This document shows positions 40,268-50,421 of a DNA stretch of 64,000 nt, in pieces. Location of the stretch: NCBI GenBank assembly GCA_963751275.1, contig CAVVTZ010000007.1, positions 160,001 through 224,000 of the forward strand, given 5' to 3'. Under the pieces are notes generated by a model. That model was not told where the DNA came from. It searched no databases and worked only from the letters and a program-made list of their open reading frames with translations. Numbering within the stretch: position 1 is the stretch's first letter; each line of letters begins with the position of its first letter. The stretch comes from an uncultured Gemmatimonadaceae bacterium. Its GTDB lineage: Bacteria > Gemmatimonadota > Gemmatimonadetes > Gemmatimonadales > Gemmatimonadaceae. The translations under genes and the position numbers were made by a program.

Positions 40268-41932
40268 ATGCGCCGCCGGACCACGCTCGTTCTCGTCACG
40301 CTCACGATCGGCACCGCACTGGCCGCCCAAGGCACGACGCCGGTCGCGGTCGCCGAAATGCAGTATCAGACCGTGCGCGCGCTCAAGGACGCGATGGATG
40401 TCGCGCGCGCCCGCGGCGTGGACCGTGTCGAGAACGGTGACTCGCTCGCCGCGGTGGCGCGTGCGTACGCCCATGAGCGCGACCTGCTCGGCGCGCTGCT
40501 GCGCGCGGTGGACAGCACCCAGCTCGACACGCTCTCGCGGCGGGCGCTGCGCACGATGCGCCGCACCGACGCGACCGAGCTCGCCGCCGACGCGGCGCCC
40601 GAGGTGCCCGACACGGCGCGCCCCGCCTGTGACTACGATCCCGCCGCGATCGCCGCACGGCCCAATGGGCTCGACTCGCTCTCGGCGCGCATCTACGCGT
40701 GCTACGGCTACGCTGCGCGCAACGTGATGTTCGATGGCGAGCGCCTCGACCGCCTCACAGTGCTGGGGCGACTCACGATCACGCCGGACTCGGCGCTGCG
40801 AAAGCGGATCTTCCTCTCCTTGGCGCCGATGTTCGCGACGATGAACGGCGACGATGGACCCAAGAGTCCGTACCGTGTCCTGGTGCCGCTGAGCGCCGCG
40901 CGATGGCGCGCGCGCGGTTCACCGGTGGCCGAGGCGGCGAGCGCGGTGGGAGTGGACCCCGCCGTGATGGAGCAGTGGCTCGTGTCGCTGCTGCAGCGCT
41001 GGCACGACGTGACGCCGGATTCGATGATCGAGCCGTGGGACTACGACTATCTCGCGGGACGCGCCGACCGCCGGCTGGATGCGCGCATCACCCGGCAGGG
41101 ACTCGCCGCGATCAATGCCGCGTACTACCGCTCCCTGGGCGCCGACCTCGACACGCTGCAGGTGCATTACGACCTGGCGCCGCGCGAAGGGAAAACGCCG
41201 GTGGCGTACACCACGTTCGGCCGCCGCGCGCGGCGCGACGGCGCGAGCTGGGCGCGCGGCGACGAATGGATCTTCGCCACGTACCGCTACGGCGGACTCG
41301 GCAATCTCAACGAGCTCATGCACGAGAGCGGCCACGCGATCCACATCGCCGCGATCCGTACGCGGCCGGCGTTCATGGACTGGCCCGACGATGATGCGTT
41401 CACCGAGGGGATCGCCGACATCGCCGCGCTCGAAGTGGATGAGCCCGCGTGGCAGCAGAAATGGCTCGGCGACGCGGCGCCGCTGGCGGACGACATGCGC
41501 TCGCGCTACGCCGCGATCATGATGGATGTCTGCTGGTCGCTGTTCGAGATCCGGATGCACGCGCGGCCGGCGTCGGACCCGAACGCGGTATGGACGCGGC
41601 TCACCTCGCAGTATCTGCGCATCACACCGCATCCGGAGCTCTCGTGGTGGGCGCGGCGCGGGCAGCTGGTGGACATCCCGGGCTACATGTCGAACTACGC
41701 GATCGGCGCGATCATCATCGCCGACATCCGCGCGCGGCTGATCGCGCAACACGGCGACTTCGCGCTCGGTGATCCAACATGGTACGGCTGGCTCTCACCG
41801 CGGCTCTATCGGTACGGGCTGCAGAAGTCGTCGCGCGAGGTGATCGAGGAGTTCCTCGGGCGGCCGCTCTCGCCCGACGCGCTGCTGGCCGATCTCGCCC
41901 GGATGAACGCCGCGCCGCCCCCGGCGCGCTAG
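40268..41932 (+). CDS. Secreted gluzincin metallopeptidase (M2/M3-like)
   Basis: Signal peptide, HESGH, downstream FTEGIA, YMSNY. Confidence 0.75.
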   Translation: MRRRTTLVLVTLTIGTALAAQGTTPVAVAEMQYQTVRALKDAMDVARARGVDRVENGDSLAAVARAYAHERDLLGALLRAVDSTQLDTLSRRALRTMRRTDATELAADAAPEVPDTARPACDYDPAAIAARPNGLDSLSARIYACYGYAARNVMFDGERLDRLTVLGRLTITPDSALRKRIFLSLAPMFATMNGDDGPKSPYRVLVPLSAARWRARGSPVAEAASAVGVDPAVMEQWLVSLLQRWHDVTPDSMIEPWDYDYLAGRADRRLDARITRQGLAAINAAYYRSLGADLDTLQVHYDLAPREGKTPVAYTTFGRRARRDGASWARGDEWIFATYRYGGLGNLNELMHESGHAIHIAAIRTRPAFMDWPDDDAFTEGIADIAALEVDEPAWQQKWLGDAAPLADDMRSRYAAIMMDVCWSLFEIRMHARPASDPNAVWTRLTSQYLRITPHPELSWWARRGQLVDIPGYMSNYAIGAIIIADIRARLIAQHGDFALGDPTWYGWLSPRLYRYGLQKSSREVIEEFLGRPLSPDALLADLARMNAAPPPAR

Positions 41933-42699
41933 CTGGTCATGCTGAAGCGGTCGAGGGTCGCGCGCTCTTCGGGGGAGAGGCTGCGCGCGCCGCTGGTCTG
42001 CACCTTCTGCAGGAGGCGCACGACCTCGCCGCGGTTGATGGGGTGCAGATCGTCGAGACGGATCGCGCCCCAGCGTTTCTGCGCCTCGCCGTCGGCCGCG
42101 ACTGGCGGGGCGGCCGCGGTCCTCTTGAAACGCGCGGCGCCGCTCTGCTGGCGCAGCCACGACATGTAGACCCAGCCGACCACGATCCCGCCAAGGTGCC
42201 CGAGGTGCGCGGTGCCCGCTCCGACGTTCTTGTTGAGCGCGCCCAGCAGGGAATATCCCACGTAGATGGTGACGAGCAGCCAGACCTGCACCGGGAGGAT
42301 GCCCCAGATGTAGAGGCGGTCGCGCGGCCAGAGGCGCGCGTAGGCGGTGGTGACGCCGAAGATCGCGCCGGACGCACCGATGATCGGCGTGTAGTAGAAG
42401 GGCGGCATGAAGGAGAGCAGCCCGCCGCCGATCCCGCTGAGCAGGTAGAGCGTGATGAACCGGGAGCCGCCGAGCACGGTCTCGAGGCGCGGGCCGAAGA
42501 TGTACAGCGCGAGCATGTTGAAGCCGATGTGCGCGAGGCCGCTCGGGTCGTGGAGGAACATGTAGGTGATGAGCGTCCAGGGCGCCTGCAGCGCGTGCGC
42601 CGGCACGAGCCAGAACGTGGGCGTGATCCACGGTGCGGCCTGCTGAAGGATCCAGACCGCGATGTTGGTTCCGATGAGGATCGACACCCATTTCGTCAT
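41929..42699 (-). CDS. Rhomboid intramembrane serine protease
   Basis: HIGFNM, GASG, AHLGHLGG and a soluble C-terminal helical tail. Confidence 0.93.
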   Translation of the reverse strand: MTKWVSILIGTNIAVWILQQAAPWITPTFWLVPAHALQAPWTLITYMFLHDPSGLAHIGFNMLALYIFGPRLETVLGGSRFITLYLLSGIGGGLLSFMPPFYYTPIIGASGAIFGVTTAYARLWPRDRLYIWGILPVQVWLLVTIYVGYSLLGALNKNVGAGTAHLGHLGGIVVGWVYMSWLRQQSGAARFKRTAAAPPVAADGEAQKRWGAIRLDDLHPINRGEVVRLLQKVQTSGARSLSPEERATLDRFSMTS

Positions 42700-42797
42700 G
42701 GGGGGAAAGATGAACCGGCACCGGCGCGAAGGGCAGGGTGGCGTGGCGCGCACCTCGCGCCGCGTGCCTCGCGCCCCGGCTGTATGTTGATGGCACC

Positions 42798-44396
42798 ATG
42801 AGTGAGAATCGGTCCTCGGCGCGGTGGGTGATCGTGGTCGCGGCGTTCGCGGTGGTGCTCGCGGCGGCGCCGTACAAACTGTTCGATCTCGACCGCTTCT
42901 TCGTGCCGAAGGAGCTCGTGCTGAATCTCGCGGCGCTCATCGCGGCGCTGCTCGTGCTCCGCCGCGTGGGCGAGATCGCGCTGACGCGCGTGGACCTCCT
43001 GCTGGGCGCGTATCTGGCGCTCAGCGCGCTGAGCGCGCTCTTCGCGGTGAATCACTGGCTGGGCGCGCGTGCGCTCGCGGTCACACTCGCATCGGCCGCG
43101 ATCTTCTGGGCGGCGCGCGCGGCGTCCGGCGGCGGCGCGGGGCGCGCGATCGTCGCCGCGTGTGCGTTCGCCGCGGTGCTCGGCGCCGTCACGTCGCTCG
43201 CGCAGGCGTACGGCGTGACGAGCGAGTACTTCAGTCTCAATCGCGCGCCGGGCGGCACCTTCGGCAACCGCAACTTCATGGCGCACCTCGCGGCGATCGG
43301 CGTGCCGGCCATCGTGCTGTGCACGATCACCGCGCGGCGGGCGTGGGCGGCGGCGCTCTTCGCCGCGGGGATGGCGGTGCTCGCGGGCGCGCTCGTGATG
43401 TCGCGCACGCGGGCGGCGTGGCTCGGACTCGCGGCGGCTGCCGTCGTGCTCGTGGCCGGGCTGTGGCGGGCGCACCACCGGTGGAGCGATCCGCGCGCCG
43501 CGCGCCGCATGCAGATGCTCGGCGCCGCCGCCGTGCTCGGCGTGGTCGCGGCGCTCGTGCTGCCGAACACGCTCGAGTGGAAGAGCGATTCTCCGTATCT
43601 CGACACCGTGACCGGCGTGGTGAACTACCGCGAAGGGAGCGGGCGCGGCCGCGTGGTCCAGTACGCGAACACGATGCGCATGGCGGTTGCACATCCGCTG
43701 CTCGGCGTGGGGCCGGGCAATTGGGCGGTGGCGTATCCGCGCGTCGCCGCGGTGAACGATCCGTCGCTCGACCCGGACGACGGCATGACCTCCAATCCGT
43801 GGCCGAGCAGCGACTGGATGGCGATCGCCGCGGAGCGCGGGGTCCCGGCGCTCGTGGTGTTGACGCTCGTGCTGTTCGGGCTGGCGATGGGTGCCTGGCG
43901 GCGTGCGGACCACGCGGCGAGCGCGGAGCAGTATGTGGAGGGGCTCGCGCTGGCGAGCGCACTGGTGGTGACCGTGATCGTTGGCGCATTCGACGCAGTG
44001 CTCCTGCTGCCGGCGCCGGCGCTCATCGCGTGGGCGCTCTTCGGCGCGCTGTCCGGTCCGTCGGCGGCGCGTCGCACGACCGCGATCGGCAGTCCGGCGC
44101 GCCGGCGTGTGATGATCGCGGTGTTCCTGATCGGCGCCGCCGCGGTGATCCGATCGGCGGCGCAGGTCGCGGCGATGGCGGTGTTCAGCGACGCGCGCGA
44201 GCTGCGTCAGTTCGAGACCGCCGCGCGGCTCGACCCAGGGAGCTACCGGATCCAGATGAGACTGGCGTCGCTGTACGAGGCGCGCGGCGACTGCGAGCGA
44301 ATGCGCGAGGCCGCGATGGCCGCGCGATCGCTCTATCCGAATGCGTCCGATCCGCGGCGGATGATCCGCGCCTGCGGCCGCCGGACGGCCCGCTAG
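42798..44396 (+). CDS. O-antigen ligase-like (Wzy_C) membrane protein with TPR-like tail
   Basis: GTFGNRN, SRTRAAW, HPLLGVGPGNW, AAERG, many TM segments. Confidence 0.85.
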   Translation: MSENRSSARWVIVVAAFAVVLAAAPYKLFDLDRFFVPKELVLNLAALIAALLVLRRVGEIALTRVDLLLGAYLALSALSALFAVNHWLGARALAVTLASAAIFWAARAASGGGAGRAIVAACAFAAVLGAVTSLAQAYGVTSEYFSLNRAPGGTFGNRNFMAHLAAIGVPAIVLCTITARRAWAAALFAAGMAVLAGALVMSRTRAAWLGLAAAAVVLVAGLWRAHHRWSDPRAARRMQMLGAAAVLGVVAALVLPNTLEWKSDSPYLDTVTGVVNYREGSGRGRVVQYANTMRMAVAHPLLGVGPGNWAVAYPRVAAVNDPSLDPDDGMTSNPWPSSDWMAIAAERGVPALVVLTLVLFGLAMGAWRRADHAASAEQYVEGLALASALVVTVIVGAFDAVLLLPAPALIAWALFGALSGPSAARRTTAIGSPARRRVMIAVFLIGAAAVIRSAAQVAAMAVFSDARELRQFETAARLDPGSYRIQMRLASLYEARGDCERMREAAMAARSLYPNASDPRRMIRACGRRTAR

Positions 44397-44974
44397 CGCT
44401 CGAGCGTGTCGCGCAGCGTGTCCAGCCGCTGCGACCAGAAGGATTTCGCGCCGCGCACGGCAGCCGCGCTCTTCAGCTTGTCGTGCTGCACGGCGAGCAC
44501 GCACTTGTCCTTGCCGCGCGCGGTGATGGTCACGTCCACGTTCGTCTCGTCGGGCCACGTGATGCGCAGCGCCTTGCCGGCGGTGGACGTGCGCACCGTG
44601 AAACGCTGTCCCGCGAGCCACTTCGCGCGGATCTCCGCGTCGGTCCAGGCCTTGTGCGCCTTGGCGGCGGAGGAGGCGATCGTACGGCTCACGCTCGCGC
44701 TGAATCCGCGAGTCGTCTGGTTCACGGCGCGCTTGCCGCGCGAGCGCTCGTAGCCGACGGTGACCATCTGGCACCACCACTCGCCGACGGCGAACTTCGT
44801 CTCGAGCAGCGCCGCGATCTCCTTGTGCGATTTCTCCCCCGCCTTCTCCTTGTCCAGCAGCGCGCACCACTGCGCCCACGTGCGGCCGGTCTTGGCCTTC
44901 ACGGCGATATCGCTGACGGGCATCTTCGCCGGGACGGCGGTCTTGGGGGGAGTGGAGCGGTCGGTGGGAGTCAC
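44393..44974 (-). CDS. Hypothetical protein, DUF4287/SRPBCC-like
   Basis: AVKAKTGRTWAQW...WWCQMVTVGYE and a START-like C-terminal half. Start uncertain (alternative ATG 44923). Confidence 0.7.
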   Translation of the reverse strand: MTPTDRSTPPKTAVPAKMPVSDIAVKAKTGRTWAQWCALLDKEKAGEKSHKEIAALLETKFAVGEWWCQMVTVGYERSRGKRAVNQTTRGFSASVSRTIASSAAKAHKAWTDAEIRAKWLAGQRFTVRTSTAGKALRITWPDETNVDVTITARGKDKCVLAVQHDKLKSAAAVRGAKSFWSQRLDTLRDTLER

Positions 44975-45099
44975 GGAGCCCTTCGCTGATAGTTTTCCAC
45001 GTGCCGACTGACGCTCGGATGGAAGCGCGCGTCTGTCAAGCGGCGGCGCGGAGACCGGCGCCACCCTAGGAAGCTAATCAGCGGCGGGGTGAAAAGAAT

Positions 45100-45127
45100 G
45101 CGGGGCCGCCGGATCCGGCGGCCCCGC
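45100..45127 (-). terminator. Intrinsic terminator of the beta-barrel gene
   Basis: Perfect palindrome GCGGGGCCGCCGGATCCGGCGGCCCCGC followed by ATTCTTTT on the minus strand. Confidence 0.8.
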
Positions 45128-45152
45128 GTCACATCCGGTGTGGCGCTCGAGG

Positions 45153-45839
45153 TTACTTGAACGCCACGTACGTCAGGCCGCCCGTGAGCTCGCCCGCGCC
45201 GTAGTAATTGCTGCTGTAGCCGTAGCAGTAGTAGTAGCAGCCGACGCCCGAGCTGGTCTGGTGGTTCGTGGACGTCCAGCGATAGCGCGCATCAAAGCGG
45301 AAGTAGAGGTGCGGATTGATGAACGCCTTCATGCCCAGGGCGGTGTTGCCGGAGAAATAGTCCTGGCTGCTGATGTCCTGCGGCACGCCCGCGTAGGTCA
45401 CGGTCGGATTGAACGATGACCAGCCGATACCGAGGGCGAGGTAACCCCAGACGCGCTGCTGTCCGAAATTGAACATCGCGTCGAAATCATAGTTATTGAC
45501 GTTGACCGAACCCTTGAGTCCTGCGGCGCCCGCGCCCGAGAAGCTGAGGCTGGGGCTCGTGCCGGACCAGGAGAACTCGACGCCGAACGTGCGGGACACG
45601 TCGTAACCGAGCCGCGCGCCCCACAAGCCCGAGCTGTTCACGCTCACGTACACGATGCCGTTGCAACCTTCGCAGCCGCCGGACGGCGTGCCCTGATAGA
45701 TCTGACTTCCGAAGTACCAGCCGCCGAAGCCGCTGACCTCGACCGCCTGAGCGCGCTGCGCCATTGCCGGCACTGCGGTCAGCATGGCGAAGCCGAGCGC
45801 GAGCAGCGCGGCACGCCCTACGAATTTGCGACTAGACAT
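45153..45839 (-). CDS. Small outer-membrane beta-barrel protein (OmpA/OmpW-like barrel)
   Basis: Signal peptide AMA, alternating aromatic beta-strands, C-terminal GLTYVAFK. Confidence 0.8.
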   Translation of the reverse strand: MSSRKFVGRAALLALGFAMLTAVPAMAQRAQAVEVSGFGGWYFGSQIYQGTPSGGCEGCNGIVYVSVNSSGLWGARLGYDVSRTFGVEFSWSGTSPSLSFSGAGAAGLKGSVNVNNYDFDAMFNFGQQRVWGYLALGIGWSSFNPTVTYAGVPQDISSQDYFSGNTALGMKAFINPHLYFRFDARYRWTSTNHQTSSGVGCYYYCYGYSSNYYGAGELTGGLTYVAFK

Positions 45840-46000
45840 GTTGGCTGGCCTCTCCGTGGAAATGGTATTTGTCGTGCAAGTGGCGAAAGGATAACTAAGG
45901 GGATTCTAACGCGCCAGTTGGCCGCCCTCCTAACGCCGCGGATTGCACAGCATACCCCAGGGCACCGGGAGGTTCCGAGAGGGATTCCCTTACAGTGCGA

Positions 46001-49000
46001 TCAGCGCGCCGGCGGAGCCGTGGGCGGGACGGGTGCGCCGTGCGCGCGCTGCGCCTTGTCGGCCGCGATCATGTAGGAGACGATCAGCAGGGACCGCACT
46101 TGGTTGTCCGCGCGCGCGCCGCGTTTGCCGAGCGAGCGCCAATACGTGTGGGCGCCGGCGATGTCGCCCGTGCGGATCTTCGCGATGGTGCCGCCGTCGC
46201 GCAGATCGTCGAGCGCCATCCACGGGGTGCCGGTCTCGCCGGGATCGAGCGTGTCGGCGAGCGCGGCGGCCGCCTTGAAATCCTGCAGCGAGAACGCGCG
46301 AATGAACGCGAACGTCTGCCGCGCACCGGCCGGCGCGTGCTGCGATGCCAGGTAGGCGTTCACGGTACGGAAATAATCCTCATCGACCACGCCGGCGGTG
46401 CCGCCGTCGAGATCCTTCTCGACCGCGAGCGCGTCGGCCATCCAGATCCGCCAATCGGACGGCGGGCGCCCCGACGCCATCCCGTTCTCGACGCGCGACC
46501 GGCGCTGCATCGCGTTCAGCACGTCGAGCGCGCTCAGGCTGTCCTGCGCGATCGCGGTGCGCCGGGCGTGCAGCACGGCGCCGACGGCCAGCGCGTGGCT
46601 GTGCGGGATCGACGGCACCGGCGTGATGGTGCCCGTGTCGAACGGCACCTTCTGGCCGTAGATCGCGGAGATGACGTCGAAGCGGCCGGCGCGGAGGTCG
46701 GCGAACCCGTCGGCGCTCTCGTGCATGAACCGCGCGCGCTCGGCGCCAATGTCGAGGATCGGCATGTAATCGGAATTCACCGAACCGACGAGGCCGAGCA
46801 GCGGCGTGAGCTGCTCGCGCGTGCCCACGCGGTACGACTCGAGCACCGGCGGGCGGAAGCGCACGAGGGGCCGCAGATCCTCGGCGATGAGCGGGTAGTC
46901 GAACACCGACCAGTCCGGCGTCGGGAGCGTGGAACGGTTGCTCGCGACGATGAGGATGTCCGCATTCGACGTCATGAAGATGTCATACGACGCGAAATTG
47001 CGGTGGATCGCGGCGAGCACGCTCATCACGAGACCGTCGTTGATCTCGTAGAGGTGCAGCCACTGGCCGAAGACGCCGTTCGGCGTGAGATAGTTCTTCA
47101 CGCGCGCATAGAACTCCACGGTGAAGAGGCTGGAGACGCCGCTCACCCACGGATTCGACGGCTCCGAGACGATGAGGTCGAACTTGCTGCCGTTCGTCGC
47201 GAAGAAGGACTTCGCATCGTCGATCGCGAAGTGCGACCGCGCCGTGTCGGCGAAGACGCGCCAATTCGCCTTCTTGAAGGCACGCGAGCCCTCGATCATC
47301 GCGGGCTCGATCTCGATCGTCGTGAGGTGCTTGATGTACGGGCTGCCGAGCAGCAGGTGCGACGTCATCCCCGACCCCTCGCCGATGACGGCGGCGTTCG
47401 TGCCGCGCGGCGCGTGCGCGAGCACCATGAGCGGCAGCAGGATCTGCGTGGACACATCGCCGCCGGCCCAGTGGCGCGGTCCATTGCGGTCGTAGCTGTA
47501 CCAGAGCGTGTCGAGCGAGGCGTCGGGCTTGCCGTTGGTCGAGATGAACAAGCTCTTGTCGCGGCTGACCTGGCCGACGGTCACGGTCGCGGTGCGGCCG
47601 TCCTTGTAATACACGATCGACCGCGAGCCCGGCTCGGGCAGTCCGCCGTGGCGGAAGACGCCGCTCGAGAGGATGGTCTTGTCGAAGGTGTTCAGGAGGG
47701 CCGTGCCCGTGGTCACGACGAACACGCCGACCGCCGCGATGTACGCCCAGTTCTGCGCGCGCCTGGAATCGCCCGCGGCCCGGTAGAGCAGGTAGACGCC
47801 GAGCGCCATGTCGAGCACGGCACCCGAGATGAGCAGCGTCTTGAGCCCGAGCAGGGGCATGAGCACGAGGCCGGCGATGATCACGCCCACGATCGAGCCC
47901 AGTGTGTTCACGGCGTACACGGTGCCCACCGCCTTCTCGCCACGTCCGGAGTCGATCAGCAGCTTGGTGATCACCGGGAGCGTCATGCCCGCGAAGAATG
48001 TCGCGGGCACCATGACGAACACGCAGATCACATAGCGCGCGATGCTGAAGAGATCGTACGCGCCGTTGGATTCCGAGAGCGAGGTGACCAGCACCTGCAT
48101 CCCCCGGAACGACAGGAGATACAGCGGAATGGTCGCCATCGCCGCGGCTCCCATGAGCCATTGCACGATGCCGAGCGCCCGCAGCGGATCCTTGAACCGG
48201 TCGGCCCACCAGTGCACCATGAGCGCGCCGAGCGCGAGCCCGAGGATGAACGCCGAGAGCATGAGATCGAACGAATGCGTCGCGCTGCCGAGCACGAGCG
48301 ACAGCAGGCGGATCCAGGAGATCTCATAGACGAACGACGCGATCGCGGTGCCGAAGGCGATGAGGAGCAGCAGGCGCCAGAGACGGTCGCTGCCGAGCGG
48401 CATCGGGTACGATGGCGCCGGCTCGGTGGCGGGCGTCGCGGCACGCAGCATATCAGCCTCGACCTCACTGCGCGACGCGAGCATCTCGGGGATGCGAATG
48501 ACGCACAGCGTCGCGATGAACACGAGCCAATTGATGATCGCCGCGGTGAGCAGCGTATCCTCGAGGCCGAAGGTCGGCAGGAGATAGAACCCCGCGAAGA
48601 GCACGCCGGCCGACGCGCCTAGGCTGTTCGCGAAGTAGAGCAGCGACAGCACGCGCCCGGGCTGGTGGCGCACGAGCCGGAGCACGCCGGCGCTCATGAG
48701 CGGAAAGGTCGTGCCGAGCAGCACCGATTGCGGCAGGATGAGCGCGCTGGCGATCGACCACTTCACCACGGTGAGCAGCACCGGGCTCCCCGCGAGATGC
48801 GGGAAGATGGAATCGTACGCGAGGGCGGTGCTCCCCACGAACACGTCGTGGAAGATGAAGCCGATCCCGCCGATCGTGAGTTCGATCAGCGCGTAGGCGA
48901 GCAGCGGCTGCTTCAGCCTCTCCGAGCGGCGGCTCGTGGCCCACGCGCCGAGCGACATGCCGCCGAGGAAGATCGTGAGGACGATGATCTGCGCGTAGGC

Positions 49001-49105
49001 GCTGTGCCCCACGAAGAGCCCGAGATAACGGCTCCAGATCGACTCGTAGATCAGGCCCGCGGCGCCCGACAGCACGAACACCAGGTACAGCGCGATTTGC
49101 GTCAT
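46001..49105 (-). CDS. Fused multi-TM / spermidine-synthase-like SAM-fold protein
   Basis: Two TM repeats (SGAAGLIYE..W, YFANSLG / YAVNTLG), then IGEGSG, IEIEP, SEPSNPW. Confidence 0.88.
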   Translation of the reverse strand: MTQIALYLVFVLSGAAGLIYESIWSRYLGLFVGHSAYAQIIVLTIFLGGMSLGAWATSRRSERLKQPLLAYALIELTIGGIGFIFHDVFVGSTALAYDSIFPHLAGSPVLLTVVKWSIASALILPQSVLLGTTFPLMSAGVLRLVRHQPGRVLSLLYFANSLGASAGVLFAGFYLLPTFGLEDTLLTAAIINWLVFIATLCVIRIPEMLASRSEVEADMLRAATPATEPAPSYPMPLGSDRLWRLLLLIAFGTAIASFVYEISWIRLLSLVLGSATHSFDLMLSAFILGLALGALMVHWWADRFKDPLRALGIVQWLMGAAAMATIPLYLLSFRGMQVLVTSLSESNGAYDLFSIARYVICVFVMVPATFFAGMTLPVITKLLIDSGRGEKAVGTVYAVNTLGSIVGVIIAGLVLMPLLGLKTLLISGAVLDMALGVYLLYRAAGDSRRAQNWAYIAAVGVFVVTTGTALLNTFDKTILSSGVFRHGGLPEPGSRSIVYYKDGRTATVTVGQVSRDKSLFISTNGKPDASLDTLWYSYDRNGPRHWAGGDVSTQILLPLMVLAHAPRGTNAAVIGEGSGMTSHLLLGSPYIKHLTTIEIEPAMIEGSRAFKKANWRVFADTARSHFAIDDAKSFFATNGSKFDLIVSEPSNPWVSGVSSLFTVEFYARVKNYLTPNGVFGQWLHLYEINDGLVMSVLAAIHRNFASYDIFMTSNADILIVASNRSTLPTPDWSVFDYPLIAEDLRPLVRFRPPVLESYRVGTREQLTPLLGLVGSVNSDYMPILDIGAERARFMHESADGFADLRAGRFDVISAIYGQKVPFDTGTITPVPSIPHSHALAVGAVLHARRTAIAQDSLSALDVLNAMQRRSRVENGMASGRPPSDWRIWMADALAVEKDLDGGTAGVVDEDYFRTVNAYLASQHAPAGARQTFAFIRAFSLQDFKAAAALADTLDPGETGTPWMALDDLRDGGTIAKIRTGDIAGAHTYWRSLGKRGARADNQVRSLLIVSYMIAADKAQRAHGAPVPPTAPPAR

Positions 49106-49194
49106 CGAGGACCGTCGGTGGAAGGCCGGGCGCGCGGCACCTCGCCGCCCACGCAGCTAGGACGGCGCGGGCGCGCGGAAGGAAACGAAAACGC

Positions 49195-50010
49195 TCAGCG
49201 GACCTGGAAGGTGAGCGAGGCCCAGCGCGACTCGTAGTCGATCTCGCCGCCCGTGAGCCGGACCATCTTCACGAACTTCACGTACCAGCGTCCCTTCCGC
49301 GTGATGTGCACGCCGATGACACCGTTCGCGTCGGTCACGAGAGCGATCTGGTGCGGCTTCTCGTTCGCGAGCTGGCTGCCGACGAGCACGGTCATCCCCG
49401 CCACCGGCTTGCTGCCCACCAGGCACAGGAAGCGCACGACGCCGGTGCGCTGGCCGACGTACGGATTGTCGAGCGGCACGACCTCCGCGGAGGAACCGAA
49501 GGGCATGTTCACCTGCGGCGTGCGGTCCTCACCCACCTGGAAGATGGCCTTCACGTTCTTCGAGTACCGCTCGCGCGCCGGCCACTTCATCTGGCCGTTC
49601 TTCTTGCGGAGCGCGAGGATGTCGGTGATCCCCTCCTCCTGCAGATACTTGTTGAAGGCGTCCGCCGTCTGCGCGAGTTCGCGCGGCTTGGTGGACACAC
49701 CGAGCGCATAGGTGCCGGGCTTGGCCACCACGACCCCGAACCGGGTCGTGGAATCCCCGCGCTCGATGGTCCACGCGAGCGGCGCCGGTGTCGTAAAGCC
49801 GTCGGGCGAGAGCAGGAGCACCTGGCTCACGCGCTCGAACCCGATCCCGTTCTCGCTCTTCGTGAAGGTGCCGTTGAGGATCGGGACCTGGAGCGTGTCG
49901 CCCGGCGCGAGGAAATACGAATCGAGCTTGATGAACATGTCGTGCGCCGAGAGGCTCGCGGCGAAAACGACGGTCAATACGAGTGCGACCACGGCGATCC
50001 GTGCCTTCAT
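49195..50010 (-). CDS. DUF4198-family periplasmic protein (putative Ni/Co uptake-associated)
   Basis: Signal peptide with mature N-terminal His (A|HDMF), RERYSK..KA, PLDNPY, TDANG, WASLTF. Confidence 0.8.
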   Translation of the reverse strand: MKARIAVVALVLTVVFAASLSAHDMFIKLDSYFLAPGDTLQVPILNGTFTKSENGIGFERVSQVLLLSPDGFTTPAPLAWTIERGDSTTRFGVVVAKPGTYALGVSTKPRELAQTADAFNKYLQEEGITDILALRKKNGQMKWPARERYSKNVKAIFQVGEDRTPQVNMPFGSSAEVVPLDNPYVGQRTGVVRFLCLVGSKPVAGMTVLVGSQLANEKPHQIALVTDANGVIGVHITRKGRWYVKFVKMVRLTGGEIDYESRWASLTFQVR

Positions 50011-50187
50011 GAACGGCCTCCGCGCGCGGGGGCGATCGAGGGAGATGCCGCGTAGATGATCGCCTGCGGGAAGGCGCGTCCGCAACGTCCCGCCATGGCC
50101 GGCTAGCCCGCCGCCCTCACCCGGCGTTATCTTTGCCCCCGTCACGGAACGCGCAGTGCAACCCCATCACGTGCACGAGGCCCGGCG

Positions 50188-50409
50188 ATGAATCGGAAGA
50201 TCCAGGGCGCGGCGGTCGCGCTCGGTTGGCTCGGATCGGCGGCGCTGTTCGCCTTTCTGTTCGTCACCTATCACGGGACGAAGCTGTCGTACCACGAGGG
50301 CTTCCCCGGCATGCCCTTCTACGGGGCGATGTCCTGGTGGTTCTTCTTCACGATCCCGGTCATCGGCTTCACGTGGGGTTTCTTCAACGATCTGAAGAAG
50401 CCGAACTGA
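50188..50409 (+). CDS. Small two-TM membrane protein
   Basis: Two hydrophobic segments, GC3-rich codons, GAGG RBS. Confidence 0.65.
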   Translation: MNRKIQGAAVALGWLGSAALFAFLFVTYHGTKLSYHEGFPGMPFYGAMSWWFFFTIPVIGFTWGFFNDLKKPN

Positions 50410-50421
50410 CGTCGCCGGCCG

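Noticed and set aside
45200..45245. DGR variable region (run of NNC codons)
   Set aside because: No template repeat or reverse transcriptase in the window, and NNC codons are expected at this GC content.
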